Source: Octopus sinensis
Taxonomy: Eukaryota
Assembly (NCBI RefSeq): GCF_006345805.1
Contig: NC_043005.1
Span: forward strand, 61,938,001-62,002,000
DNA length: 64,000 bases
Direction of reading: 5' to 3'
Of this stretch, positions 23,261-37,089 are shown one piece after another. Each line of letters opens with the position of its first letter. The stretch's first letter is position 1. The notes below the pieces were generated by a model, which saw only the letters and a list, made by a program, of their open reading frames with translations, ran no database searches and was not told the DNA's origin. The position numbers and the translations under genes are program-made.

Positions 23261-25539
23261 ATCAGATTATTCATTTTGCCCCGCCCACTTACTCATATTT
23301 AGCTAAATGGACGAGAGTAGCATGAAACGAAATACCCTTGCCTAGAGTCTCAACGCGCAGCTTGGTCCAGGAATCAAGTTCTCGTCCTTACAATTCATGA
23401 GTCCAAAACCCGATCAACAAGCGATACATCTTCACAATAGCCGGAGTCAAACAAATCGACGCCAGTACTTATCTTTAAAAACCTGCTACTTATTTTTATC
23501 AGTTTCTTTCGCCGAAGCACTAAGTTATATGGACGTAAACAAACCAATACCGGTTGTAGGTAACATACATGTCTTCACATGCGTGTGAACAGTAATTAAA
23601 ATAAATATCGATTTCCTTTTAAAAAAATAGATACTTTGCATTTTGCTTTTGAATTTTTCTAAGATTCTTTACATGTATTGTAGTTTCGAAACGGAAAACG
23701 CCATAATTCGAGGCAGTCATTATACCAACAAAACATATGGGTCTACTTTCAGTTTCTGTTTACAAAATTCACTTACAAGGATTTGATTGACTCAGGGCTA
23801 TAGTAGAAGACACCTGCACAAGGTGTCACGCAGTAGAACCCAACTCAGAACCAAATGGTGGGGAAGGTAAATGGAGATAAAATCCCATAAGAAAAATAGG
23901 TGTACATAGTTAAGTGAGACAACATGAAGAGGAAAAATCTAGAACCTTCCTGTTTGGGAGTCATAAAGAAAAACAAAGTAGGAAAATAAGTAAAACGATA
24001 TAAAAAAAATTCTGAGAAAAAGACAAATAATGAAGTTGTAAGTTAGAAATTGTAGAAAGGAAAAATAAGAATTTTTTAAATCAAGAAAATAGAGAAAACT
24101 AAACGTTTGTAAATGTAACACACTGGAAAAGTTACACTAATGATTATTTTATAATTCTTATATTTTTATTTGAATAATGATATAGTTAATTTTTACCATT
24201 CCACGTAGTAAATCAGTGACTTGTTTTTTAATGCTTCGAAAGCAAACACTTTGGTAGCATTTTTAATACAAAGTTGTGCTCTGAGAAAATAAAACGCGTA
24301 GAGATTGTATTTTACTTCAGTTTTATCAACTGATTAAATAGTTAGTTAATTAATGTACTAACTAATTCATAAAACTGAAGTGAAATACAACCCATGTGTT
24401 TTGTTGGTAGAATGACCGCCTCGAATTATGACATTTTCTGTTTCAACACTAAAATCCATACGAAGAATCTTAGTAAAATTCAACAACAAAATACAAAGTA
24501 TTTATTTTTTAAAAGGAAAAAGATATTTATTTTAATTACTGTTCACATGCATTCGCTTTTCATGAATGCAAAACATTGTATGTAATCATCTTTTTTAAGA
24601 GCTCTTCATCCAAACGAGTTCATTTAATTTAATTATGAAGGAAAACTACACTTTATGCATTAATGGATTTAAATTCTTTGAAGTGGCGTTGTTCTTAAAA
24701 TAAATCTAAAAGTAATTATCAAAATAAGCTCGAGCCCAGCGGCGTTGTTAAAACCGCTTGGCTTTTTGTTCGATCCCAATGCGTCAGATATTCAATTCAC
24801 TAATGCTTTGTGGGCGGAATTTGATAAATGGTAATTGCACCATTGCTCACTATACACACACACGTATGTATACGTATGGCTGTGTCTATAGTGTAACAGG
24901 GAAATCTCCAGTTTTGTTTCCTTGAAGGTAGTCGTAGCTATTTAATATATAATAACAGACAGAAATAAATAAATACTGAGGTCTATATGGAGATGTAACC
25001 CTTGCATTGCCGCAGTCCAATGACTGAAGCCAATAAAATAAAAAAATAAATGGATAAAAAAAATATTTAGTGATGAATTGATAAAAACATAGAAAAGAGA
25101 TATATCCTGAAACTGTTCATTTGTGAAACGTGATGTCAGGGCTTAGCGAACAAACGTATGAGTCTTCCATTATAGAGACGTGTTTTTATTGCATAATTTA
25201 AGGAGACCCGCCATCAATCTTTTAGTTATTAGTTTTGATAAGTATAATATTCAAGTTAGTTGGAATAAAATACTGATTCTACGCTGGCACAAATTCTCAA
25301 ATGTGTACTAGAACCTTATGCTGTTGATTTTATTCATAGAAGTATTATAAGAGACAGTACCATCTTTAACGCATGGACAGTGCGTAGTTTCCTAGGGACA
25401 CCCGCAGATCGAGGTTGGGGGAATGCTAATCTATGCATGCCATAGACGTGTATGGCAGGAGTCCCAAGCCACAGGGCTACACATACACAAAAATATTGAA
25501 ATTTATTTCCATTTTATTGACTATAGCAGTCTGTATTAG

Positions 25540-25710
25540 TCTTTACGTTCTGAGTTCAAATTTCTCCAAGGGGTCGATGAAATAAGTACAAGCTGAGCAA
25601 GCACTGGGGTCGATGAAATAGATACCAGCTGAGCACCGGAGTCGATGTAACCGAATAGCCCCTACTTCCATCTCCTAAAATATTTCAGGCCTTGTGCCTA
25701 TAGTAGAATG
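25540..25710 (+). mobile_element. SINE family A fragment
   Basis: TTTACGTTCTGAGTTCAAAT...GCACTGGGGTCGATG...GGCCTTGTGCCTATAGTAGAA. Confidence 0.8.
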
Positions 25711-27115
25711 ATAAAACGGGTTATATACGCGTCATATACGTGTGTGTGTATATATATATAATTAAATTATATATTTTGTACTTCGTTCTATTTTGTTATG
25801 CGTGTGATCCCGGTTCGTGGGAAAATTGCATGAAACCAGTCCGTGGTGCAACAAAAGTTGGGAAGCGCTGGTGTATGGGACCTCTGCACTGTTTTCCTTG
25901 GAGAGTTGTAATGTTAAAACGTCCCTAAGAGGTGCTCAATTTCTCTCACCAGCCTCGGAAGAGTAAAACTCAAAATCGACTCAGGAAGAAAGAAAGATTT
26001 CAACTCATAAAAGTTAGATGCCTGAATTAAATAGTAAAACGGTATTTAGTCCGCATATGTTTTACAAGGTATTAATGTCTTCTAATGTATTCTAATGTTT
26101 GTGTCACTAAATGACAAAACTGACAGAACGGTGACAAAAACTGTAGAATATTGACAATTAATGATTACTGTCTAAGAATAGTAAAATTGTGTCAGTAATT
26201 AGCAGAAATGGTAGAATAGCGGATATTTTTTTTTATTACTACCACCCTACATTCTGATCTCAGTTCACTTCAGATTCGTGTTGATTTTTTTTTTTATCCT
26301 ACTATGATCAATTATATAAGTTTAGATATGTACTGGAATCAATTAACAGTCGCTCTATACCGACTGTATTCATCCCAGGTATTATGTTTTTAATTAGCAC
26401 TAATGTGAAAAGCTATTATCATAATCTAGAATAATTTACACATCAATAGATATAATGTTGCGGTTTTTACAAATATCATCGAAATAAATATGTTGAAAGT
26501 TACTGTTTATTTCAAAAGGGGAAAGACCTACCTTTCTGGGCCGCTTTTTCTATTTCATCTGGGTTTTTCTCTTTCGTAAAAAAGAGACTTTCAGTGAAGG
26601 TGACTGAAAACAATAACATACTTAAAATAATCCACATGCTTGATTTTTTTCTTGAAATCTTGATAATGTTCTCCTTTACTTCGATTCTTTATTTTAATTT
26701 TTTTTTCTGCTCCCAATACTAAGACTTACATAGCAGAATGAATGTGTGAGTCAACTGTTACTAAGATGACGCAAATTTTAACAAAATCTAATTGACACGT
26801 ACTATGTGGAACTAACTGTCGTGTCTTTCTCTTGTAAAGTACAATGAGTTATTTGAATGGAAATTTCGTAAACATATGGATGCACAAACGGTCTACAAAC
26901 TTGACGTGTTACGTTAATAATTGATAATTTTCTGCTCCAGAAATTTGATAACGGATGTAAATAATAGTTTCTTAAAGATAATTAAGTTAAGAATATTTAA
27001 GTAGGGAAAATTTCTCAACCATACATGCTTTAAAAATGACTTATTGAATTTATTCTTGTCTTTGTAGTCTGTAAGTGAAATCATAGAATTTGAAAGTTAT
27101 ATTTATTCAAGAATT

Positions 27116-27523
27116 GGATCTTTTCGGTTTGAACGGCAGTTTTTTAAAATAATTTCCACGTAACTAAACACTTTTAAACTTCGTATACTGGTAGAATGTG
27201 TTTATAAAACATCTTTTTCTCTTAGCTTTATTGAGAAAATTCTATAGTTTATAAGACATTTGTTGTTTTTTCTTCAGTTTCTGCAATTTCAACCAATCAA
27301 TGACGTCTATTGAGGTGAAAACATTCTGTGCCGTATGAATATGTCCCTCGTTTAAGAAACAGATTGGGTTTATTTACATTTGTGAAGAAAAAAAGATAGC
27401 CTTCCCCCTAACCCTAACCTTAAAACAGATTGGAATGCAATAGATCGATACTAGGGTCATAATTATGGGTGACAATTTCATATGACACCGCTAGAAAAAC
27501 TGCCGTTCAAACCGAAAAAATCC
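27116..27523 (+). mobile_element. Merlin-like MITE (408 bp)
   Basis: TIRs GGATCTTTTCGGTTTGAACGGCAGTTTTT / AAAAACTGCCGTTCAAACCGAAAAAATCC; perfect 8-bp TSD CAAGAATT (27108-27115, 27524-27531). Confidence 0.92.
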
Positions 27524-28899
27524 CAAGAATTATTAACTACCATATATTCGACATACATGTCGAATTTTTTAGACCAAAATTTACAGTTAAAAAAAAAGGT
27601 AGGTCGACTTGTACACCAACATGGCTGAAGAGGACCAAAAATTTCATGTGAAACGCAGCAGGGTTCGGAAAGATAGTAACGATGTTTGAATGTTTACACT
27701 ATATACTATGTCGATTTGTATAACGGAAAATATGTTAACACCATTTGGTGGTGGATGGGTGAATCAGCAAAGCTACTAATATTCAGAAACAATGCTTTAT
27801 GCTCGGCGTTCAAAATCCTGCCAATTTCGAGTTTTGCCTTTCATCCTTCCAAGGTCGATAAAATAAAACATGGTTGATTTATATTACTATAATGCGTCTT
27901 AGATGTTAATGGGATGATTATCAAAAAATGGCTGCTAACATTAAGGTCCTTGTTCCAATTCTACTGCCTGACGGCATCTTGGCCAAGTATATCTATCATA
28001 CCTTTGAAGCGACCCATACCTTATAAGTGAAATTGAACAGATGGGACGTTTGTACTAGCCTATTGGATGGATATATCTGTAATCCAAAGGTCTAGCGTTG
28101 CCACTCTTGTGTCACGCTGACTCTACCTGAGAATTCCATTAAGAGTACAAGAGCATAAGGAATAGCCGCTCAGCACGCTGATTCAATAGGCAGGGACAAC
28201 TGTACGCTTATCGGTCGAAAGCGACGTGAAAGCATCATCATTATAATAGAAGGCAAGACCTCACCGATCTTTTCTTCTTCTATCAGACATTTCAATATTT
28301 GTTTGTTCAGCAGACGGGAAAGTGAACTAAATATGAGATTATCAAAATTTGTCTCCTTACGATCGGAGTTCAAAATCTAACCTGGGTTATCTTGCTTTTA
28401 GCAAGGATTGGTGTACTAGTTATTTAACCACTGGACAACCCTAACAAAACAGGAATATGCTCAAATGGATTGTTACATCATCCAATGCTTCCTTTACTCA
28501 TTGGTTATAACAGCACCGTTAGGACATCCAACAATATGCTTCGTGCTATTTTAGGCGCGTTCCTTTTCGTTCTGAGCTCAAATATCGCCGAGGCAAATTT
28601 TATCTTTCATCCTTCTTGGGCCGCTAAAATAAAGTACCTACGAAGTATGAGAATCATTTAATATTCTGATAATGCATCCCTAATGCGAATGAGATATATA
28701 ATAACAGTAATAAAACTGCGTAATTTGGGGAAGATTTCTAGCCAAGTTTGCCTTTCTTATGTACCAAATATGTGCTAGTGTAGATTAAATTAACTGCTCC
28801 TTTATAACAAATATGTAGCCTTATATGATTCACTTCCCTTTGGGTTCTGAATTCAAACACAAATGACATTCGATAAAAAAAAATTCTTCTCTAAAGATG

Positions 28900-29440
28900 A
28901 GGTTATAGGGTTAGGGTTAGCGTTAAGGTTTTAGGGTTACAGTTGGGGTTGGGGTTTTAGGGTTAGAATTACGGAAAAAGTGAAAAAATGAAGAAATTGG
29001 AGGGGGGAAGGAGGCAAAAAAGTCTTTCCGAAAATAGTAGCTGAAAAACAGGAAAAAAAAACTAAAAGCAGTAGAAATGCACGAACGATTATGGTGGCGC
29101 CATGAAGTAAACATGCTTCAGATACACTCGTTTATTCATACAAACGTAACTGAGATGAAATACGTCAAAAATAACAGCAACAAACGAAATATACACTGCC
29201 GGAAGTTGTTGTTGATCAACAGCAGTAATTTTATTCAGCTAAATACACGTCATTGATTGGTTGAAATTACCGAAATACGACAACTTTAACACGAAATAAC
29301 TTTGAAAATAGAAACTTTTCTCAACCACACTAAGAGTAAAAGATGTTCTATATGACACAATCTACCAGTGTCCGAAGTTTGAAAGTATTTAGTTACAAAA
29401 AATTAATTTCTCGATCTGCCGAATCGACTCTGCAATCGCC
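28900..29440 (-). mobile_element. Divergent relative of the Merlin-like MITE, one end only, containing a degenerate (TTAGGG)n tract
   Basis: ACGTCATTGATTGGTTGAAATT, AAAAGATGTT.TAT..ACACAATCTACCAGT...CGAAGTTT.AAAGT.TTTAGTTAC are shared with 30706-31113; ends with a different TIR, GATCTGCCGAATCGACTCTGCAATCGCC; TTAGGG-like repeats at 28906-28965. Confidence 0.65.
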
Positions 29441-29461
29441 CTGCAGGCCAATGAACTAGCT

Positions 29462-29800
29462 CTTTTGGCGAAATTCCCCGGCAAAAGAACAACAAAAGTA
29501 TTTATAGAAGATTTCGCATCGGTAATCAAACCTACATGACTTTTGGCAGCTGCCTTCGCTAATATAAAAGAGGTGACAATTATGGAGATGTAAGAGGGAA
29601 GTGTCCTGAACTGGTGTGATAGGGCCGTAAGAGCAACGATTTAAGCCACACCAGCAGACATTGACAATATACCAGAATTCATCATTCTTCCGGATGATAC
29701 GAAGCTGAAAGTAGCCGTACAGGGCAGAATTCCACAGTGCTTCGGGTGCGGACAGAAGGGGCACATAAAAACATGCCCCCAGGTCCTAGAACTTGAAGCA
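29462..29800 (+). pseudogene. Gag-like ORF1 relic of an L1/Tx1-type LINE (zinc knuckle)
   Basis: IDNIPEFIILPDDTKLKVAVQGRIPQCFGCGQKGHIKTCP (CCHC knuckle, one residue short); upstream RTTKVFIE frame with stops. Confidence 0.65.
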
Positions 29801-30705
29801 TAGGAAAAAAAAGCAGAAGGCTAGTGTGCAGCAGAAGAGTGGAAAAGGAGGTCCCATGGGACAAGGAGAAGCAGGAAGAGGTAATAGAGATGGTCTCGTC
29901 AAAGGTATATACACTGTCGACCTCCACGTCTACAGAGGAGGTGATGGTGAAGAGAGAGATGGTCGCGAAGAGAGGACACACCGTAGACTTCTTCTGAGAT
30001 AAGTGATGTTGATTTGGTATGTTGCTGGGAGGAAGAGAAAAAAGGGAAAAAAAAACTCGTTCTCTCACTCCCACAAACAAAAAAAGTTTAAAAACAAAGA
30101 ACACAGAAGATCACAAAACATCAGAGACAATTGAAAACACTCAAAAAGACAAGATAAAAACTAGCAACACTAAGCTAAAAAAAATGATCATTTCATCTTC
30201 CTCATTTTTAAAATCATTTTCATTCGATTTTTTAAAATCCATTTCTACCTCTTTGTTTAGTCCCTTCGTGAACAAGCTATAAAGAAATAATTCCCTCTAA
30301 GCTAACTCAGAGCGGAGAGAATTGTCAGCAGAATACTTTGATGCCATGCTGTGTTCTTTTCCCGCGTACATCATGTATAAACTACACTAGGAACCGATGT
30401 ATATTTGCTAACAGTATTATTCATGTACCAGTTTTCGGTATCTTCTATTAGTGGAGAAATAAATGTAGCCGCCAATTATAATCTGTGTCTTTGTAGTCAT
30501 GGCTCGTTTGGCACCAAAATATTATAATTTTACCAGGGCTGTAGTCACATCACCTTTTCACCGTGACTTCACTCAGAACTTTATTTGCAGCTGTATTCTT
30601 CACCCAGCTACAACCGCTTACTATTCTTCTTAAATCTAAAGTAATGCCAATACGTCAGTTCTTCCTTTGGGAAGTTTTTATGTTTTTTAGCAGCAAAGCC
30701 AGTTA

Positions 30706-31113
30706 GGATCTTTTCGGTTTGAACGGCAGTTTTTTCTAGTGGTGTCATATGAAATTGTCACCCATAATTATGACCCTAGTATCGATCTATTGCATTTCAA
30801 TCTGTTTTAGGGTTAGGGTTAGGGGTGGGGGAAGGGTATCTTTTTTTCTTCACAAATGTAAATAAACCCAATCTGTTTCTTAAACGAGGGACATATTCAT
30901 ACGGCACAGAATGTTTTCACCTCAATAGACGTCACTGATTGGTTGAAATTGCAGAATCTGAAGAAAAAAACAACAAATATCTTACAAACTATAGAATTTT
31001 CTCAATAAAGTCAAGAGAAAAAGATGTTTTATAAACACAATCTACCAGTATACGAAGTTTAAAAGTTACGTGGAAATTATTTTAAAAATCTGCCGTTCAA
31101 ACCGAAAAGATCC
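30706..31113 (-). mobile_element. Merlin-like MITE, second copy, opposite orientation to 27116-27523
   Basis: Same TIRs; perfect 8-bp TSD GCCAGTTA (30698-30705, 31114-31121). Confidence 0.92.
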
Positions 31114-31416
31114 GCCAGTTATATTCGTGAATTACCGTCTGAAGTGTTGAGATCATAAACAGGCAGTAATAAACTTCTCCGGTCGAAAAACTCCACTTCA
31201 AAACTATTTTCAACAGTTTTCTATCTTCCAGGCTTTTGCGTACGGGAACGTATTCACGTGCAAATATTACCTCTTACCACCACACCCGTGTCCGGATAGC
31301 GTCATTTTTATTGCCTACTGCAAGAAATGGCCGTCAAATCTGGTAGAGAGATTTGCTGAGTTAAGTATCTGCCAATTTTTCTTCCTGTGCAATTCATTTC
31401 TAGTTACTAATACTGT

Positions 31417-33790
31417 ATGGCATACTCTCCAGTTTCTTCCGGCGCTTCCGACATCTCTGTCACGTTACCATTTCAAGCTGCTGTATCTTTCGCTTCTTCT
31501 CCTTTTACTGGCGATCCGGCCATTTGGTTTTCACAGCAAGAAGCCAATTTTGCTGCCAATAACATCACTTCTGATGTCAGGCAATCACATTTATTTTGCT
31601 GCCGATAACATCACTTCTGATGTCAGTCAATCACATTTATTAGTCAGCGTTCTGCCTCTTGCTTTAAGCAGCGAAGTTACAGCTAACGCGGATCAACTAA
31701 CTTATTTAACCATGAAATCTGAAATATTGCGCCATAAGCGTTTATCATCAGTTGATATATAAAGAAATCCTAGGCGATAAAAGTCCTTCACAGTTGCTTC
31801 GCAGAATGCGGGACTTGGCTGAGAGCAGTCCTATGGATGAAGATATACTCAAACAGTTATTTTTCTCTCGCCTTCCTAATAATGTCCAAGCTATTTTGAC
31901 CACTATCAGTGAGCATAAAACCAACAGCCGGTGGATTTAGCTGATGGTATTATCGACTGAGTTATCCTTTTCCCGCAAGTACTTCGACAGGAAAATCCAA
32001 CTGATTACTGAGCAAATCTCTTGTTTATAGTTTCCTTCCATTTCTTCTCGGGCAAGAACGCGAAGTCATTCGTTTTTTCCTCATTGTACACGTTCCTTCA
32101 GCAGAAGCCCGATGCAATATTACTGGTATCACCAGCGTTTTGGACCACGTACGCACAAGTGTATGCCGTCACGTGCTTTTTCTTTATCTGTCCAACCCCT
32201 GGAAAACACGATTCCCATGGATTAACTGCGGCTACATTTCTGGACAGATCATTGGATTGCTGCGTTTTTTTTTCGCCCACGATTCTTACTCTAAGCAGCG
32301 TTTATTAGTCGATACTGGGGCGGCATGCAATGTCTGGCCCGCGAGTTTCGTGACCGACTCGCGCCAATCAGCAGCCATTACTTTGCAGGCGGTACTTTCA
32401 CCGATTCATACCTATGAGGTAAAGTCTCTTACCTTGGATATCGACCTTCGGCGACAATTTCAATGGATTTTTATAATCGCTGATCCTTCATACCCAATTC
32501 TCGGTGTTGATTTTCTACACTATTTTCATCTGTTGGTTAATTTGAGGAATAAAAGACTAATCGACGCACAGACTTTTCTTTCTGCTCAGAGTTCATCTTC
32601 AATACTTGCTACTGTTTGTCCATCTCCTTCCAATTGTTTTCATGAACTTTTATCAAAGTTTCCGGTGTTAACTCGAACTGTTTTATAATAAATCTCCAGC
32701 ACATACTGTCATACACCATATTGTCACTAAGGCGTCCTCCCCACCATGGCTTTCACTCCTCGGCGCCTTGCTCCGGCTAAACTCAAAGTCGTTAAGGATG
32801 AATTTCGTCACATATTGGGCCTTGGAATAATTCGTCCTTTTAGCAGTAATTGGTCATCTCCTACATCTCGTGTCAAAGTAATCGGGCGACTGCCGACCGT
32901 GCGTAGATTATCGACGTTTGAATGTTCTAACAATTCCGGACCATTATCCTGTTCTGGATCTATTCAGTTTCAATCACAGAATAGATCCCCTATTCTTCGT
33001 ATCCTAGACTTTTTTTTTACTTATTTACACGGCTGCACCATCTTCTCTAAAATCTATCTAGTGCGAGCCTATAACCAAATTCCAATTGAATCTTCCGATA
33101 TCTCCAAGACTGCCGTAACTACTTTTAGCTTTTTTGAATGTGTGCGGATGCCTTTTGGTTTATGTAACACTGCCAGTATAATTCAGCGATTTATGGACGA
33201 AGCCATTCGTGGTTTGAATTTTGTTTTCACCAATATCGATTTGTTGATAACTAGTTCTACGGAGGAAGAATATTTAGCACACTTGCAACAACTTTTCACA
33301 CGCCTAGCGTAATACGATGTTATAATCAATGCCATCAAATGCGTGCTTGACGTTCACTCTCTTACTTTTCTCGGACATACTATCGATAAAAATGGCATAA
33401 GTCTGTTACCAACTAAAATTTAGGCTATTCGCAACTTTTCACGTTTCTTTACGGAAGTTACGCGAATTTCTCGGCCTATTTAATTTTTACAGGTGATTCC
33501 TTCCTCATTGTACGGAAGCTACCTGTCCCCTGACCGAACTTTTACGGAATCGTAAAAAGAAAATGATTCGCAACGATGTTGTCAGAGAAGCCCTCCAACA
33601 GTCCTTATCGGGTTCGTAAAGTGAAATCTAAGTTTATGGTGTTGGACGTTAACGGCAAACACCAAACTGAATACTGATCGGGCTAAACAAGCATTTATTG
33701 ATTCGTCTACCGAAAGACGGCATCTTACTTCTTCCCCGCTGACACGCCACATACAAACTCTACAACTCCCACTCCGGCTCGTGTTACCAG
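31417..33790 (+). mobile_element. Decayed Ty3/Gypsy LTR-retrotransposon internal region (gag, protease, RT, start of RNase H, integrase C-terminus)
   Basis: Gag: PFTGDPAIWFSQQEANF...LGDKSPSQLLRRMRDLA...LFFSRLPNNVQAIL. Protease: LLVDTGA. RT: YNQIPI..SDISKTAVTT..FECVRMPFGLCN. Integrase end: PYRVRKVKSKFMVLDVNGK..DRAKQAFID. Many frameshifts. Confidence 0.93.
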
Positions 33791-34624
33791 GAATGCGAGA
33801 CAAGTTTATTGGCCTGCCAAGTTGGTACATACCTACCATTACTAATTATGTGCTTCGCACTGCTACGTATCCTTCAGTTCAACATATTGTTTTACTCCGA
33901 GTATGGCATATAGCTAACCTTTTGAACTTTTGACCACTGGAACTGTCCTAAGTTGGCTGAATTTCAGACTTCTTTCTAACAGAGTTTATTATTCACCATG
34001 TTTTTATCACTGCGTTTTGAGGTAATTCTCTGATTGATTATCCACTGTTGATAGAAATAACAGCCATTTCCTCCATGTCATTTGACAAAATATTTTTCGT
34101 TACAGTTTACATACACTCTATGCTTACCACTAATATACTATTTTATGTAATTTCTAAAAACTCCCATGTTGAGCTATCTAAACTGTTCTTAATGATTTTC
34201 AGCCATTTATATGAACTTCTGGCTATTTTCATAGCAGTTGATGTATTTTTGTTGGACACTGTTTTGCTCATGCTTTTTTTTTTTTTGCATGTCCTTTATG
34301 TACATTTTTGTTGTAGTTTTTGCTGTTTCATATATTTCCCTCGCAGTCATAATTCTGGTCTGAAGGTAGCAAGCATATATTAAATTTGTTTTACCAAATG
34401 TGACGTCGAGATCCACACCACCATAAAAAGTAACCAAACAACCGGATTCGTGGCCGAGGTGATGTGTTAACATATCGAATCAACCACTATGCACACCAGT
34501 TATACCTCCGCAGAAAGCGTGGCGCATTTAAAAAGTATTTTTTATCCTATTAACTGCTATAAAGAATAACTCAGAGAGAAGAGAATTATCAGCAGAGTAC
34601 TTTGACGTTAATGCTTTTTTATGT

Positions 34625-34698
34625 CTATGCATGATTGCCAACGCATTTACATGTGATAATCCTATGCATGATTGCCAACGCATTTACATGTGATAATC
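34625..34698. repeat. Perfect 37-bp tandem duplication
   Basis: CTATGCATGATTGCCAACGCATTTACATGTGATAATC x2. Confidence 0.95.
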
Positions 34699-34874
34699 CT
34701 GCTAAATTTTCATAAGTGTGGTTTTTAGCAATGTGACGATGGTAAAAGATGGAAGATGTAAGACGCTGGTAATTGATGAGTTGGGTTCAGGCTGGTATAA
34801 TGAATGCAAAACACTTGTGAACAGCTAACAGAATTTTATTCGTCGCACCAAATATTTTCCATGTTGGTCTTGAA

Positions 34875-35706
34875 TTTAGAAACGCACCTCTCCAAGAAAA
34901 TGATACCTAATTGAAAAAAAAAAGTGAAGGAAATGGAAAATATATACAAAATAAAGGAAGTATGCAAAAAATTAGGAAGATTCATCTATTTTAAAATATT
35001 TTATACTAAAAAATAAAACAAACGGGGAACAGGCGCTCGCAAATATAAACAAACATGTCGGACGATACAAGGGGCGGGAATTTACTTTCACCAATCAGGT
35101 ACGATTAATGATACGAAGAGCCCGACAATATCGTCTGCGAATTGTAAGATCGTTTCACAATCTGTTTCTTGAAATTCAATTTATGTGGAGTCAGCAATTT
35201 GGACATGCACCATTTTTCAACTCTTGGAGCCAAAATAGCCACTGAGTTATATGCTGCATAATTTATTTTCTCTATAAACTGAAAAACAAAAATAAAATTA
35301 CAAAACTTGCATACGTCTTAAACATATTTATCTATTGTTTTATAATTATTTTTGTCGTATATCACATAAAATGTGCGAAGGTAAAGCGAGTGCACACCAT
35401 CTAACCATAACACTGAAAATATCTGATTAAAAACAATCAAGAATTTGCAGACGATATTGTCGGGCTCCTCGTATCATTAATAATATCTGACTGGTAAAAG
35501 TAAATTACCGCCACTTGTATAGCCTGACATGTTTGTTTATATACCACTGGTGCCCGTTTCTGTTTTATTTTTTAGTATAAAATATTTATAAATGGATGAG
35601 TCTTTCTAATTTTTTTTGCATGCATAATTTATTTTGTATATATTTTCCATTTTTATAACTTCTTTTTTAATTGCATTCCATTTTCTTGGAGAGGTGCGTT
35701 TCTAAA
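34875..35706. mobile_element. Long-TIR MITE-like inverted repeat (~270-bp diverged arms)
   Basis: TTTAGAAACGCACCTCTCCAAGAAAATG...GAGCCCGACAATATCGTCTGCGAATT pairs with AATTTGCAGACGATATTGTCGGGCTC...CATTTTCTTGGAGAGGTGCGTTTCTAAA; no clear TSD. Confidence 0.75.
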
Positions 35707-37089
35707 AGAGCGTCAACGAGTCATTAGAACGCGCATGAGTCAAGAAGTCTTACTGTAGCATTCTGCCTTGTTTGTATTACTCAGTGTCTTTAGTAAAAAC
35801 TCCCGGAAGATGCTTCCTACATACAATGACCCAAGGAACCAGTGAAATATATTTTACTTCATCTACAAACAAGCTGTGTATATACAAACAAGTCAACGAA
35901 GTGGTATATATCTTATATATTATAACAACTGGCATTATTCTCAACATTGCAACAACATAATTTATGAATGATAAATGGCCATATTAATAATGAAGCAAAT
36001 AATATTATTCTTCAATCGTTTCTCTGATGCATCTTACACATTAAATTCTGTCGCATTATGACATAGAATTTCCTTGTTACATATTTAATTAGCAATTCTT
36101 CCATCATTACATGGGCAAATATAGCGAAGTCTATGCTTCGCAGATAATATCATAAGAAATGCGTTATGTTCCGTACTTGTCAATTTCTGAGGCACGAGGA
36201 CAATTACAGTCTTATTCCTATCTATGTATGCTTTGCCTTGTCAATGAATACACAGTACATTGATTTGTCCAGGATCTTGCAGTGCTGCAAAGACGGTCTT
36301 GCACAAGGCTACGCATTTTGTTGAGATGAATCGATTATATCGACCTCATCACTTCCCTGATCCTTTATTTTAAATCTTTGAAGGATGAAAGCAAAGTCGA
36401 CCTCGAACGGGATTTGAACTCCGTTCGTTTAAGTACACAGCGAAATAACGCAGCACAGTTATTCCACTAATAACTTTCAATCCGCTTCACTATAATCAAT
36501 TCAAAAAAAAAATTATAAATCGATTTTTAAAAAATGTAAAATAAAAACCTGTTAAAATTCCTGTATCGAATTATCATTGATTTTATTTAACTCTTCATCT
36601 GCATTCCTTCTCCCCCATCCTTATCTTTTCCTTCACTCTAGTTTTTGCGTTAGTTTTATACTTTTGTATAAGGGTTATATCTTCCTCAGTCTCGCATGGC
36701 TTACTTGCTTTACAAGAACATTTAAATCGATTAAATAAATTATTTAAATGAATAAGCAAGTGAGGTGGTGACTGGTAGAAATTGTAGTATCATAAATTAA
36801 ATGATTTATTGTATTTAATAGGGTAATTGAGGAACAATAGTGTCGTTAGTCAGTCAGATTTCCAACCAAGTCAATCGATTTTTGCAAGGTAGGATAATTA
36901 AGAAAGTTTCTATGTTATTTAAGGCACAAAAAACTTAGTTCGGAAAAGCGTTGTGTTTTCAGTATTCCTACCGATGTTTAAATACTCCGTCGATATACAT
37001 CAGGCATGGATAACCTTTTTCGAGCAGAGAGGGTCGCACGAGACCTGTCTCATAACAAGGTGGGTCGCACTACTGAAAGAATTCATGGT

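Noticed and set aside
28906-28965. (TTAGGG)n tract as a telomere or chromosome-fusion scar
   Set aside because: It is short and degenerate, and lies inside a Merlin-like element whose relatives also carry these repeats.
30278-34610. Similar ~60-bp segments at ~30280-30350 and ~34555-34610 as Gypsy LTRs
   Set aside because: The similarity is short and diverged, with no TG...CA ends, PBS or polypurine tract that I could place.
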